Assembly (NCBI GenBank): GCA_907165135.1
Contig: OU015567.1
Coordinates: forward strand, 7,874,001-7,938,000
Length of the DNA stretch: 64,000 nucleotides
Direction: 5' to 3'
Source of the DNA: Oikopleura dioica
Taxonomy: Eukaryota; Animalia; Chordata
How positions within the stretch are numbered: the stretch's first letter is position 1; every line of letters begins with the position of its first letter. Positions 1 to 12,560 of this stretch are shown piece after piece. Made by a program: the position numbers and the translations under genes. The notes beneath the pieces were generated by a model. It had not been told where the DNA came from. It saw only the letters and a list, made by a program, of their open reading frames with translations, and did no database searches.

Positions 1-1242
1 AGACATGTGTACATCCTGAAATATGATTAAAAATAAACACCTGAAATCAAAGCGCATCAGTGTAAACCAAATATTAAAATCAAGATTATGAATCAAAATT
101 AACGATTCCGTGATCTTACCTTGATGGTATCTTCACCAGAGTTCCAAAACACGCGTGCGTACGTGCGCACGCGTGCGCGTGTTTGCGTGCGTGCGCACGC
201 GCACGCACTCGCACGCGGATTTTGAAAATTGTTGCGCACGCGCACGCACGCGCACGCGAAGATTGAGATCGCGCACGCGTGCGTGATCGTGCGCGTGCTC
301 GAAATCCAACAAACTTTGGCGTTTTTAGGTAATTTAAGCCGAAAAAATTTCTAAAGTGGATTAAAATCCGTAAAATTTTCGGTTTTCCTATGTTTCAAAA
401 CAATTTTGATTTGTTTTTAGCAATAATTGTTCTAGATTTAATGATTGAAACAAATTAGAGAGGAATAAAAATGTTAAAATTGGGCAATTTTATCCCTTTT
501 TGCGCACGCGCACGATCACGCACGCGTGCGCACGCGTGTGCACGCGTGTTCGAAAGTCGTCTCCGCACGCGCACGCACGCGCACGCGAAATTTTAAATTT
601 CTCCGCACGCGCACGCACGCGCACGCGAGAATTTTGCGTTTTTTGGAACTCTGTCTTCACACCTTCCATCGTCGATTAATAATTCATCGATGGGATTTTT
701 CTTTCGGATGTCAAATAATCTTACAACACCGGATTCATCACCAGTAGCAATTATATGCTCGTGTTTGGAAGATATACAGTACGGCGCATCCCTAAATACT
801 TATTTTACATGAGGGTCAACGACGGGAAAGATTACTCAAAAGCATCCTGAAGCGCAAGAATTGGCGAAGAAGTCTCGACGTCACTAATAAGCAGCTGTTT
901 GTCGGATCCGATTGAGAATAATTTCTTGCCGCTCGGAGCGAAGCAAAGGCCTCGAACGGAGTCTTCATGGGCTTTCACGCTTATGTGCGTTTCTGGCGCC
1001 TCACTGTAATTTGAATATTCACTGACAGTAAGATAGATTATTTTCTACCTCGACTCCTCATCAATCCGCCAGGCTTGGATTCTCCCCTCTAAGTCTCCTG
1101 CAACGACTAAACACTCTTCTGGATGAAACTTTGCATCAAAAACTGGCGTTTCAAGTTTAATTGCTTTCGGTGCTGTAAGATCAAGTGGAACCTCAGAGTC
1201 AGACTCAGCCTCAGAATCAGTCGACCAGTCCGAATCGCTCAT
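1..1242 (-). CDS. WDR55: WD40-repeat protein WDR55/JIP5-like (multi-exon, 3' end runs off window; one exon interrupted by a MITE)
   Basis: Spliced translation MSDSDWSTDSE...KFHPEECLVVAGDLEGRI...AHEDSVRGLCFAPSGKKLFSIGSDK...HIIATGDESGVVRLFDIRK...CEDTIK|DVHMS resembles WDR55 (FHP..LLAAGDVDG, ATGDD.G...WDQR). Acceptor-like TCTCAG sits 1 nt before the ATG. Confidence 0.8.
137..653. mobile_element. 517-bp MITE with (GCAC/GCGCAC)n-rich arms, 13-bp TIRs and 7-bp TSD
   Basis: CAGAGTTCCAAAA at 137 and TTTTGGAACTCTG ending at 653 are perfect inverted repeats; TCTTCAC flanks both sides (130-136 and 654-660); no transposase ORF. Confidence 0.9.
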
Positions 1243-1458
1243 TCTGAGATCATTTATTTCGTTTTTTTTCATTCGTGAATGTACATTTATTTCAGATGCG
1301 TTATTATTCAAGATTTTGGGGGAGAAAGAGCGCCGAATCGGCCAATAATGCTAACTGTTACTGTAGTGAAAATGAGTAACTGGGAATAAAGGAGGGGAAT
1401 AAATTTAAAAAAGAGTTGCAGTGAAAGTATGTGCCCATGTCTTGCTGAATTTGAGAAA

Positions 1459-2604
1459 CTAGAAATCGAATCCGCTGCTGCTTCCGTCGGACTCACTTTC
1501 CTCGGAAGATCCCTTCTTCGGCTTTGGTAACGCTTTCTTTCCCTTTTTCTGAACATTGATTTATTAAAGCTGCATATTCTGATATTCTTTACCTTGGAAA
1601 GAAGATTGACTCTAGCCCGAGAGGGCTTTTTGGCAGATGTGGATGGCGCGTCTTCATCAGACGAATTGAGGTTTTTTTGGAATTCCGGCTCTGATTCCGA
1701 GCTGTTTTCGATGATCTTCTTCTTCTTTTTCTCGGCTGGCTTTTTTCGCGATTTTTTCGACGCCTTCGCCTCTGCAAAGATTTAAGACTTTATCGGTAAG
1801 AAAAGCACTGACCGTTTACTCTCTTTTCTGCCTCTGATTTGAGGGCGTTGAATTTTCGGTCGTTCTTTTTCAGCTACGAAGATTTTGAAAAGTTAAATTT
1901 GTGTTGCATCTTTTACCTTTGCAAGAACTTGTCGTTTAACTGTAAAATCCAGATTATCATCCTCTATCATCTTGGCAAACATATCGACAAATCCAAGCAA
2001 CTGTTTCTCGATCTCCTCTTCGTCAGTGCTTTCGCCATCTGATCGCTTCGATTTCGCTTTTTGCTGCGCAGCGAGGAGACGCTGCCGCTTGAGCCTATTC
2101 TGCTCCTTTTTCTTGGTCTGTTCTTCAAGCGCAATGTCGTGGAGCTTCACGCACTTCTTGATTCGCTGAGTGAAGGCGACGCACTTCTCGACTTTCGAAG
2201 GGTCGCAAATGTAGCACATCCATTTTGCGGAGCTCTCGCATTCTGTCACTCCCGCACGGCCCAGATTTCGTAGAACACACTTAAAACTCTTAACCTCGAT
2301 CAAAGCCATAACTTATGGCCCATAAGCAACTAACCTGTTTACAAAAACTCTCAACGCATTTATCGCAGCCATACAAAGTGCCACCGTCGGCACACCATCG
2401 GCAATGCTCATAATACCCCTCCGCATCAGTAGTAAAAAGGCCGTTTGAATAAAAGTCTCTGCACTTTTCGCACTGGATCGTTTTCATCACAGGATGTGTG
2501 TAAAACACGCCGAAAGGGTTGATTTGGCCAGAACAAGTGCTGCATCCGATTTCTTCTCGCTGCATCCATGACCACGGATGCTCGACATCCGAGAAAGGAT
2601 TCAT
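1459..2604 (-). CDS. ATRX-type ADD-domain protein with no helicase domain (about 330 aa, multi-exon)
   Basis: CSTCSGQINP...HPVMKTIQCEKC...EHCRWCADGGTLYGCDKCVESFCKQ|CVLRNLGR...WMCYICDP matches the ATRX ADD GATA+PHD fingers. A coiled coil and K/S-rich tail follow; the best splicing path ends ...SSGFDF* at 1459, and the next gene (WDR55) starts at 1242. Confidence 0.8.
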
Positions 2605-2762
2605 CTGTAATTGAAATTCAAAGCATAAAAACTAGTGCGAGAGTCAAGAGTACAAAAATATATTCAGATTGTTTGATATAAAAATTGATCACAGTACAAA
2701 AATAAAAAGTTTCAAGGCAGGGCAATCGGTTTCTCTTTTTTTTATATAATTGAGTTTTTTTC

Positions 2763-5700
2763 TCAATCTTCAACTGTTTCGTTTTGGCTCTGCGTGGCAG
2801 CACGTGACGCTGCTATACTCGTCTTCAACTTCTTGATCGTATCTTTGTCGACGAACTCGGTCACGTGACGTTCCGAGTCTTTTTGAATCACCCTGAAAGG
2901 GGGAGAATAGTCATTATAAATAGGCATAAAAATTACTTGAGATATTCGGTGGCTTTGGTCGGGTTCGAGGAAGCGTGGAACTTGACACAGAAAGCGGCAA
3001 GATCAGCCATTCTAACAGCAGACTAAAAAGTTGAGAACGCATTAATCCAACAATCAAATCAGTCAAATTTACCTTTCCTTCGTGGACTTCGCGCATGAGC
3101 GCGGTAACTTCATCAATACCGTCTGACGGAGAAGAAGCCATCGCTTTTTTGACGTCTAGGAATTTCTTGTAGTCGACTGCTTTTTCGCGAAGAGTGTTGA
3201 TTTGCTCTGTCGTATCGGCTTTTGAGCTTTGGAGTTGCTTCACGGCTTGTTGAAGCAGACCAAGGGCCTAAATTAAAGTGTTCCTATATCAAGTGATATT
3301 TCTGTATTCAACTGTACCTGTTCGTAGTCGCTGGCTGAGTCTATCTGATGCTGCGCGCATTCGATAAAGAACGTTGTCATCAGATCAAGTTTTCTTGCTT
3401 TTCTGTAGAAAGTAACAATGGCCTTCAGAATCGCAGGATCCTCTTGCCATGCGTTAGTACTTCTCAAATAGTTGCCAGCGAGAATGAACAAGGAAGGATC
3501 GCGAGCAAGCTGCGCGAATTCGACCATCTTTTTCACATCTCCAAGTCTCGCCAGGCATTTCATTGCCTCCTGTCGTTGTCCTGGAAATCAAAATTAGATA
3601 AGTGATTCCAGTGATTCTTCGATCAAAAGAAATTCATCATAAATTTTGATAAAAGACGTCAATCAAAGGGAAACTGTGATAAAATCTCAATTTACCAGCG
3701 TGTTGAAATAATTTTGCCGCATCCGCGAATTGAGTTTTATCGTAACAGTGCTGAGCAGCGGCTTTCATGATCTTTTCCCGATTAGGTACATCTTTCAATG
3801 GCTCAGATATGTCACAAGTGTTGCGAAAAACCAATAAAATCTACCTTAGCCACGTTCCTTGAGGCAAAACCAAAAGCTCTACCATCCTAGGCGACATCTC
3901 AACATCTTCTTCAATGATAATTTGAAGAGCACGTGGGTAGCTTTTGGATAAGATAAACAAATGAGCAGCTTTCGCACCACGGCCATGCTCCAAGAAGAAT
4001 TTGGCGCAGCGACTGAGAACCTCAGGAGGAGCTTGATACAGTTTTCCATCAAATTCGATTCTCAATGTTTATTTTCTCCATTCGATTAAAAACTTTTCCT
4101 GAGTGATCTAACTCATCAACCAACTGTTCCAATACTCCAAAGCGTTTCTGCTGAAACACCAGATCGATCGCCTTTGCCAGGTTCCCTGCTCGATGATACA
4201 GCAAGACCGCTTTATCCATCGTAGTCTCGCTCTTCTGGAAATGGTCCGCGGCGAGAAGCATGTCTCGAGGCTGGCTTTTTTAGAATTCAAATTTATTCAA
4301 TTGACTAATGAAAATGAAATTGATGCTGTGGGCTGCTCTTTCCATAAATGGAAAAGTTTTAATCGAGGATGATGGCATCATCATGATGCTAAATAATAAG
4401 GGGACGGGAGTCCCCTTACGGTACATTACAAATAAATTATAATAATTTTGAACTTTCCTTAAAAGCGCAACATTGAACAATTGGTCCTCGAATCCATGCT
4501 CCTTGCAGATACGTATAACATTATTGTAAGCTCCGGCCCTCGTGTAGAAATGGATTGACTGCTTGATGTCACCCGCCAGTTCATGATGTCTAGCCATGTG
4601 GAGACAGGCAGCTAAAATTGAGTTGAAAACGTAAGATTTCGAAAAGATAAAAATACCAGGGTCGCCGGTTTCATTTGCCAGCTTATCTGCTTCATTAAAG
4701 TCTTCCTTGACGCAAAGCACGCGGGCTAAGGCTAGGAAATCGCCGCATTGTCTAAAATCAAGTTTAATCAAAATCAAACGCTTGTAATCAATACTTGTAA
4801 AACTTCTCCGCCTCTTCGAACTCGCCCGTGTATTCCATGTATTGCGCCCACCACTTGTTCATATCTGCGTTTTTCTTGACATATGCTTCCAATCTGTCTG
4901 GTTTGTCAAATAGCATTCGTGGAATCTCAAATCGATGCGTTTTACTTTCTTCATAATGTCCAACCGCTTGGTCGTACTCCTTTTCCCATTCGCATTTCTT
5001 TGCGAAATTGTAATGAGTAGCACGAAGATGAAGTCTGTCACTTTCTTTCGCTGTCGATAGCGCATCGTCCCAGCGCCCGATCGCTTGGTAGAATTTATTG
5101 AGTAAGTCGAATCGTTTCGATTGAATGTACAGCTCTTCCGCTTCTTTATTCATACCAAGTTGCAGGGCGAGCATTGCCACACGCGCTTCCAATGGCTCTT
5201 CATTCTGAGCCTTTCTGACTGCTGCAGCAGCTGCGGCATTGCCCATATTAGCGAGGCAGACCTGAGCCACATCCAAACGCTTTGTATACACACATCTTTT
5301 CGCCAGATTCAACCAGACTGTCTCGTTTTTGATGAGTTTAATCGAATTAAACGCCGAGTCCAGGTCGCCAAGAGCCATTTGCCTTGAAAAATCGAGCAGG
5401 GCAACTCTTGTCGTATTGTCACACTCGTCCAGTCCGACAAAATCCTGCAGCGGAACTTTCTTTATCTCTGAATCTGTCGTAGAGAAGATCAAATTTGGTG
5501 TACATAAGCTGAGGAATTTTCTTCCATCGTTTGGAAAGGCGATTTCTTCCTGCCGAACAACTTCGCTGTCAGTTGACCAGACAAGTACGACGATATGTTC
5601 GGATGCTGATGCGTACTCAATCGCTAGCAGTTGTTTATCGTGTTCGTCCCACTTCATATTCAACGGGTAGAATCGATCAAAGTCTTCCTCATTTTCATTT

Positions 5701-7484
5701 TCGTCGTTGATATCAAATGAGAACATTTTCTGACGATCAGGAGCGTAAATGTGAATCCTCGAATTTGACTCGCCTCGCCCATTGTCAGTCGTCATGGAGA
5801 GCCGATTCGAAGTCGAGTTGATGGCGAGGTCCGTGATAACGCCGATGTCAGCGCCTAAACTTGTCAACTCGCGATGGACAGTTTGCTTTGCCTCTCGTCG
5901 GGCAAGATCGAAGACTTTCACGGTGCTCGGAACAATCGCTGCTGCGAGATAATTCCCGTTGATGGTCATTTTTGCAGAGAAGCCTCCGAGTGTCAAGATT
6001 TGTTTTTCAACACCAGCCAGTGAGTGACAGCGAATCTTTGTCTGGTCATCATTGAAGCTATAAACGGTCTGAGCGGACATGGCGAGTTGCTGTGATGGCG
6101 ATTCGAAGCTGCCGCTGTTTGTTACAAGTCCGTTCGGACCCATTTCCTGAATGAACATCGATTGTCCGGAATAAATAGTGAAGTTGGGAGGACACATGGC
6201 GATATTGTAGATAGGCACGTCGTTGTCGTGAACAAGATTTCCCGATTTCTGAAGAATTTGGAGCCGCTTCGGGCCTAATTGAACTATTTGCATGTCTCCG
6301 CGGGAAATTTCAGATATTTCTTGCTCCCGCAAATAAAATGCCGAGTTTTGGCTAGCCACAGCGAGAAGAGGCGTCAAAAGTGACTTCTTAAACCACGTGA
6401 GAGAAGAGGCACGCTTTGTGGACGATGATTTCTTAGATTTTAAAACAACAGCGTTTGATTTGTTGCGAGAATAGCTCCAGAAGCTGACACCATTCGCTCC
6501 AGACGCAGCGGCTACGGTTCCATTGTGACATGCGACCGAGGTCATCGAGGCTCCGTCTTCGTTTTGGACAAGATGATGCTCTGAAGCTTGCATATCCCAG
6601 ATTTTTAGCGAAGAGTCGCCAGTAGTAGACACCATGACACCGGGAGCGGCCCAGTCGCAAGATATCGTTTTGCCCGAGAGCTTTATCTTTCCAAGCTCCA
6701 TCAACGACGAATCAGGAGTGACTCGGAAGGCGGCGAGGGAGATATCATTGCAGACAGTGACGAGAATTGAACGCTCGGGGTTGAATTTGAACTCAGTGAT
6801 TCCTGCAGGAGCAGCGAGACGCTCAGCGAGCTGTCCTTTTGCATCGATGAAGTAAATCTTTCCATCGTTGGCTCCGACGAAGAAGCCGAGAGATTCGACA
6901 GTTTGTGTCAGATCCATGCTTCTGCTAGTATGAAGCTGTCCAAAGAGATCTTCTCCACTTACTGCGGCTACGGCCATCTTGGCGAGATCGGAACTGGCAC
7001 CCTCTTGTTTTCGGCAAAGAATCGCTCCAGCTCCACTGGGAATGGAATGCTCCCAAGCTGGTTTGAGTTGAAGCTGAGCTTTTGCATTTGCTCGAAAGGA
7101 TTTCACCACGCCGTCGTTTTGTATTGTGACGAGTCGTTTGCCACCCGGTTGAGACCAGGCGAGATTCGTGATAGAATTTCCATCCGAGGCTAGCTCGCTG
7201 TGCTCTGTTTTCTCACCGTTGAGCGTGTTCCAGATTAAGACGCTGCCAGAGGACCAAACAGCTGCGAGAATAGGTTTCTGCGGATGCCAAAGGATCTTGA
7301 CCGGTCTAACATGCTTAACTTCGCTGTCAACTGCGATTCCATTACTGTTATAAACTGTGACGACGCCCTGATTCGTGGACGAGTTGAAGGATGATACTGC
7401 TAATCTTTGTTCCTTGTCGTGGAAGATTATTTCTTCGCATTCGCCTGCTAATTCCGGTAGCGCATGGTCAAAAAACAGTGTCAT
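2763..7484 (-). CDS. IFT140: Intraflagellar transport protein 140 (WD40 + TPR), multi-exon
   Basis: 898-aa first exon with WD repeats and IFT140 motifs (VWLNLAKRCVYTKRLDVAQVCLANM, DRLHLRATHYNFA, WWAQYME); later exons QSIHFYTRAG, ALLS|QPRDM, KAVLLYHRAG, LAGNYLRST; includes a GA-AG intron at 4275-4457. Confidence 0.95.
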
Positions 7485-7774
7485 CTAAACACGCAAAATT
7501 CATCGTTACCCTTTATTTAGAATTTCTACAGAATATATCAGTTTTAGTGAGATAACATAAAGAATGAATATTTTTGAACTATTTCTGACTATGCCGAGCA
7601 CGGAAACGGTAAATTAATAAAAATGCCTTTAGTTAACTGACATGTTCAGACAAATAACATGCTCAGAAACTAGAATTTCTAGAGACTTTTAGTTTCGTAC
7701 ACGAAATAGTCAGGGAAGCCCATGTTTTTTTTTTGAAGATAAGTTTGAGAGGTTCATTTTTCGATTTTTCAGTT

Positions 7775-10372
7775 TTAAGAGTCTTCTTCAGTCGATGATT
7801 CATGTTTTCTTTTTCTTTTTGGTCCGAGAATTCTTTCCAAGTCAGGGGCGTGCAGGACTTCCTCGCGAATGAGCAAATCCACAACTTCCTGTAATTTTTC
7901 TTTGTTTTGAAGGAGGAGTTCTTCGGCAGCCGCTATCGCCGCGTTCATAATATTTTGCCGCTCTAGGTCGATATTTCGCTTTGTCCCATCAGAATACATG
8001 TTGTCATCTGTAAAATTGACCTGACCAACGGTTGGTGAGAAGCCAAACGATTTGACCATTTTGGTCGCGAGATCAGAAGCGTTTGTCGAATCCCGATCAT
8101 TGTCAATTTGCGTGGATACTCGGCCAAAGAGCACTTTTTGCGCGATTTTCGGCGCAAGGAGGACGCCCAGTCGTTCTTTTAGATATTCTTCAGACTGAAT
8201 TATACGTTTTGTAATAGAAAATATTCGAGAGACGACAAACCTGTAAAAAGCGCTCTTTTGTCTGATACTGTGTGTAGCCGACATTCCAGTGCGATCGAGG
8301 AACAATGGAAGCTTTCAAAACGGGATCTTGAGTCTCGGACAGCCACGAAACGACGCATTTACCAGCTTCAAGCGCCGCCAAAATTGCTTTAGTCTCCTGT
8401 TTAATCGTATTGTTGTCTTTGCGAGTACCAGACATCACTCTGTCGATTGCAGCTTCGAAATGGGAGCTCTTGATGAGATCGGATTCTTCGCGCGCTGCGA
8501 GTAAGGCAGCTTCATTCACAACGTTTGCGATTTGGGCGCCCGAGAAACCAGGTGTCAGCTTTGCTAGCATTTCCGCGTATACTTTTGGGGGTTTCTCTGT
8601 TTTGATGGTTTTTAAGTGGACCATGAAGATCTCCCGCCGACCGTCGCTAAAGAAAAGTTTAAATTGAACAGCCCAACTAGCTGTCTCTTACGTTGGAGGA
8701 AGATCGCACTGAATTTTCCGGTCAAATCGCCCTGGTCGAACAAGAGCTTCATCCAGCGACTCTGGATTGTTAGTTGCTGCCATTAGGACGATCGTGTCTT
8801 TCTCGGATCCAGTCATGCCGTCCATTTCGACAAGGAGCTGGTTCAGAGTGTTGTCTTTCTCAGTCGCACCGCCTCCCATCGACATTCCAGTGGCTCGTTT
8901 TCTAGTAATCGATTTAGAATGTGATTCATCAATAAAATGGTCGAACTTACTTTCCGATGGCGTCTAACTCGTCGATAAAAACGATGCATGGCTGGTTTTT
9001 TCGGGCGATAGCGAACATATCTCTAATGTCTTTAGCTCCTTTTCCGGCTAACGACTGGACGAATTCCGAAGAGGCCTTGTAATAAAACGGCACGTTGCAA
9101 TCATTTGCGACTGCTTTTGCTAACATGGTCTTTCCGGTGCCAGGTGGCCCGGTCAATAGAACACCTTTAGGCATTCGCGCGCCGAGGGAAGTGAAACGGT
9201 CGGGATTCTTGAGGTACTGGACAAACTCCTCGATTTCTTGCTTCTCTCCTTTCATTCCAGCGACATCTGATAGCTTTACGTTGGTCTTCATAACTGGCGT
9301 AATCGAGTTTTTCTTGGCATTAGGGTTGTTTGATTCCATTTGGCGCATGACCATCTGACCCATTTGCATCAATCGCTGTCGCAATCCCTTCACTGTTCCT
9401 CCGCCAATAACTAAAGAAGACATAAATGAAGATTTGAGAGAGATAAAACTTACAAAGATAGTAAGCTGTGATTATCATGGAGAAAACACAACCGAGAAGT
9501 TGGCCTTGAATGTTCGCTTTGTAGTCCGAAAAGTCGTGAATAGATTTGAAAGTCGATCCAGTCGTCAATGTTCGCAAATTTCTCCCAGCTAGAATATTCT
9601 TAGAGACTGTTTTTCAAGACCAATTCTAACCGATTCTTTCGCTTGGATGAATGTTGTACTCATTTTCAAACTTTCCGAGCTCCGTATGGAAATTGTTGTA
9701 GTTGACGTTCATCAAGAACTTTTGGCCATTTTGAAGGCTGACAACGACTTCTTTTTGCTCTGTTCCGTCGAATCGGATTACCATGTCTTCTACCTCGCCA
9801 CGGGCAAGATAGTGCGTGAAGAATCTATCCATTGGAATTCGGTCCAAGTTTTCCAAGTCTAAAGTACTCGTAAACTATCGCCAATTCGTGTTTCGTGTTA
9901 CGTACCTTCTTGCATACGCATTTGCGATGTTAAGTCGATATATCTATACAACGAGTCCAAACCAATCAACAAAATGATTCCAAGAAGTATATTTACAGCC
10001 ATATTGAGGGCTCTCTCTTTCTTCGCATTCTCTTCTTTGAGCACATTTGCTTTAGCTTTCTCTTCTTTTGATCTGATCTTTTTCTTTTCTTGTTGAACTT
10101 TTCGATATTTCTCAAAAGCCTCCAGATGATCTTCTGGTTCTGGCTCTTGTTCCGCTTTGTCGGAATCGGTTCTTTTTGTTCGACGAACTCGACGATCCAG
10201 ATTAGTTGTGAGGCTCAATTGTCTGGCTGAAAAGATAGCGCTATAATTGGGAAAGCGTGTCGATTATGCCGCATAATTTATGCGAATACTTACATTGTGG
10301 AAAGTTAACGGGACGAAGAGAAACTCGCCTGGCTAATAAAAAGCTCCTGCTTAAAAATAATCTCTGCATCAT
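7775..10372 (-). CDS. SPG7: Paraplegin/AFG3L-family mitochondrial m-AAA subunit with degenerate HExxH (LEAGK), multi-exon
   Basis: Arg-rich presequence-like N-terminus, two TM segments, DVAGM..EK.EI.EFV.YLK.P.RF..LGA, Walker A GPPGTGKT, Walker B FIDELD, SRH AATN...[14 protein letters not shown]41-like C-terminus. SPG7 versus AFG3L2 assignment is tentative. Confidence 0.85.
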
Positions 10373-10613
10373 GATTTTTTCTTTAGTTTTTATCCCTTTC
10401 TTTTGCGTGTTAAAATTTCTTGCTCATGAATCAGAGAATCTTCTCGAAGCGCACAACCGATCTCGATTCTCAATCTGACACAAACATTACGTAACAGCGT
10501 TTCCAGAGCCTTTTTTTTGCCCCTAGGGTGGAGGTACGTATAGGCACATTAGAATTGAGAATTTCACACATTTGAACATGTATTGTGAAACGGGCAGTAA
10601 AATAGAATTGGCT

Positions 10614-12452
10614 CTAGAATCGCTTTCGTCGCGCGACTTCTGGTTTCCACAGGATCGGGTTCGTTTCTTCTGTTGCTTCCGCATCTTCCTTGTAAAGTTT
10701 GATAGTCTAAAAGGAAAAATTTTAAACCCAAAAGAAGGCATTTTTTTGAGCCTAACCTTATCACCCTCGCAAGAAATCAGTCGACTCTCTGACTTGTCAA
10801 AGGCCAGAGCGAAAATGCCAGATTCGGAATCGAGCGAGCCAGGCTGCACTGGCGCCTGATATCGCTGGAAATTGTAGCCAGTTCTCCAGTCGAACCACTG
10901 CATGGTTCCGTTGTCAGCGCCGGAGACCATGACACCGTCGGAGTTGATCGCCAAAGCGTTCAAGATCGAGTTGTGGCCGGAGACGTTTTGGATGAAGTTG
11001 CCTAGAAAAGGGATACTTTTTAGCATTCGCTCTTGTTAGAGAAATTAGTACCATCAGGGAACTTCCACTGTTTGATATTGTCGGGAGCAGCTGAAGCAAA
11101 AGTGTACTGTTTGGGATGAAGAGCAAGAGCGCGCACGGACTTCTTGTGATTTGTCAAAGTACAGTGACTAAAAAAACGATTTAATTGAGGATGAACAATC
11201 GAAAAGTGCTGGCTTACGTTTTGCCAGCAGCCAAATCCCAAAGTCGAACGGTTGTATCGTGAGAAGAAGTAATCACTTGAGGCTCAGCGGCTTGACATCG
11301 CACGGCTGCTACTGTATTTGTATGGCCTAAAGAAGAGTTGACATTCAATGATCAGTACATAATCAGGGTAGATTAATCTAAGGTAAACCTGTAAGAGTCA
11401 TGACATTAGCCTTCGTTCTCATGTCCCAAACTCTTCCACAAGCATCTCGGCCAACTAAATTTCATGATAATTATTCTACAATATTTAAAAATCTCTACCA
11501 GAAACAAGAACATCAATAGTAGGATGCAAATCCAAGCCGTAGACCGATGATAAGTGACCGTGATAATGTCTGATAACTCGATTGTATTCCATATCCCAGC
11601 ACTTGACTGTATGATCTTGTCCGCAACTGAAGATGTAGGGGTGTCTCGTCGATACTTTCACGCCTCGGACCTCGGAAATATGACCAGTCAGGGTTAGCTT
11701 CAATTTTCCACTTGCAGAGTCCCAAATTTTGATGCATCTAATTGATTAAAAACTGTAAAAACTGCTCTATTTATTTAAAAATCTACCTATCATTAGATCC
11801 CGTAACAAACCACTCGTTTCCAGGCTCGAAGTCAACGCAACGAACCCACCCAATATGCCCAGAAATGACTCGATAAAGCTTCCAAGGCGCGTGCCATTTT
11901 GGCTTCGGCATCACTGGAGCTTTTCGCTGGGCGATCTTCATCTTTTCCTCTTGCTTGTCTTTGTCTGATTTTACTGTTTTATGATCACAAAATGAACTAA
12001 AATGGCAAAATTCCCGAATAAAAGTTGATCAAAATTTCCTGGTACAATAGCTCCATGTTGATTTGGCCTGGCAATCGGCGTCGGCACATTTTCAGTTCGA
12101 TTCTGTTTCGCTACATCGCCGTCTCCAACGAGTGATTTTCCATCTGTAATGGCGAGTGTCTTCTCCCCTTCGATCGCCAGCGCCCGGCCAGGAATCTTGG
12201 CTGCTTTAGGTTGACTCTTCTCTAATCCGCCATACTCTTGCTTCGTCTTTATTGCTTTCTTCATTTCTTCGGCAGTTTTATCTTCAAGGATTTTCAATTT
12301 ATCGACCCTTAGAAAGTCACTCGTTCCGTACCTGCTTCAGGCATGCATCCGTGGTCCGAAATGAAGGTATCGTGAGTTCTTTTCAAAGATCGGAAGCAGA
12401 GGGTATGCACCCCGTGCTTCGTTACTGGCATTTGCTCGACTTCGGCGCTCAT
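10614..12452 (-). CDS. PLRG1: Pleiotropic regulator 1 (Prp46), spliceosomal WD40 protein, multi-exon
   Basis: [16 protein letters not shown]-terminus; [92 protein letters not shown]. Confidence 0.95.
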
Positions 12453-12560
12453 TCTGAATATCATTATTTTTAGAATGTTCTTTAGATAGGATAATAATAT
12501 ATTCAACAAATTTCGAATCTAACGACATGATTCCATCTACGACTGAACCCTAACCATTCA

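Noticed and set aside
150-630. CRISPR-like or satellite array, and ORF 526-747, in the GCACGC repeats
   Set aside because: Microsatellite-like arms of a TIR/TSD-bounded MITE in a eukaryotic genome; there are no unique spacers or cas genes, and the ORF is a repeat translation.
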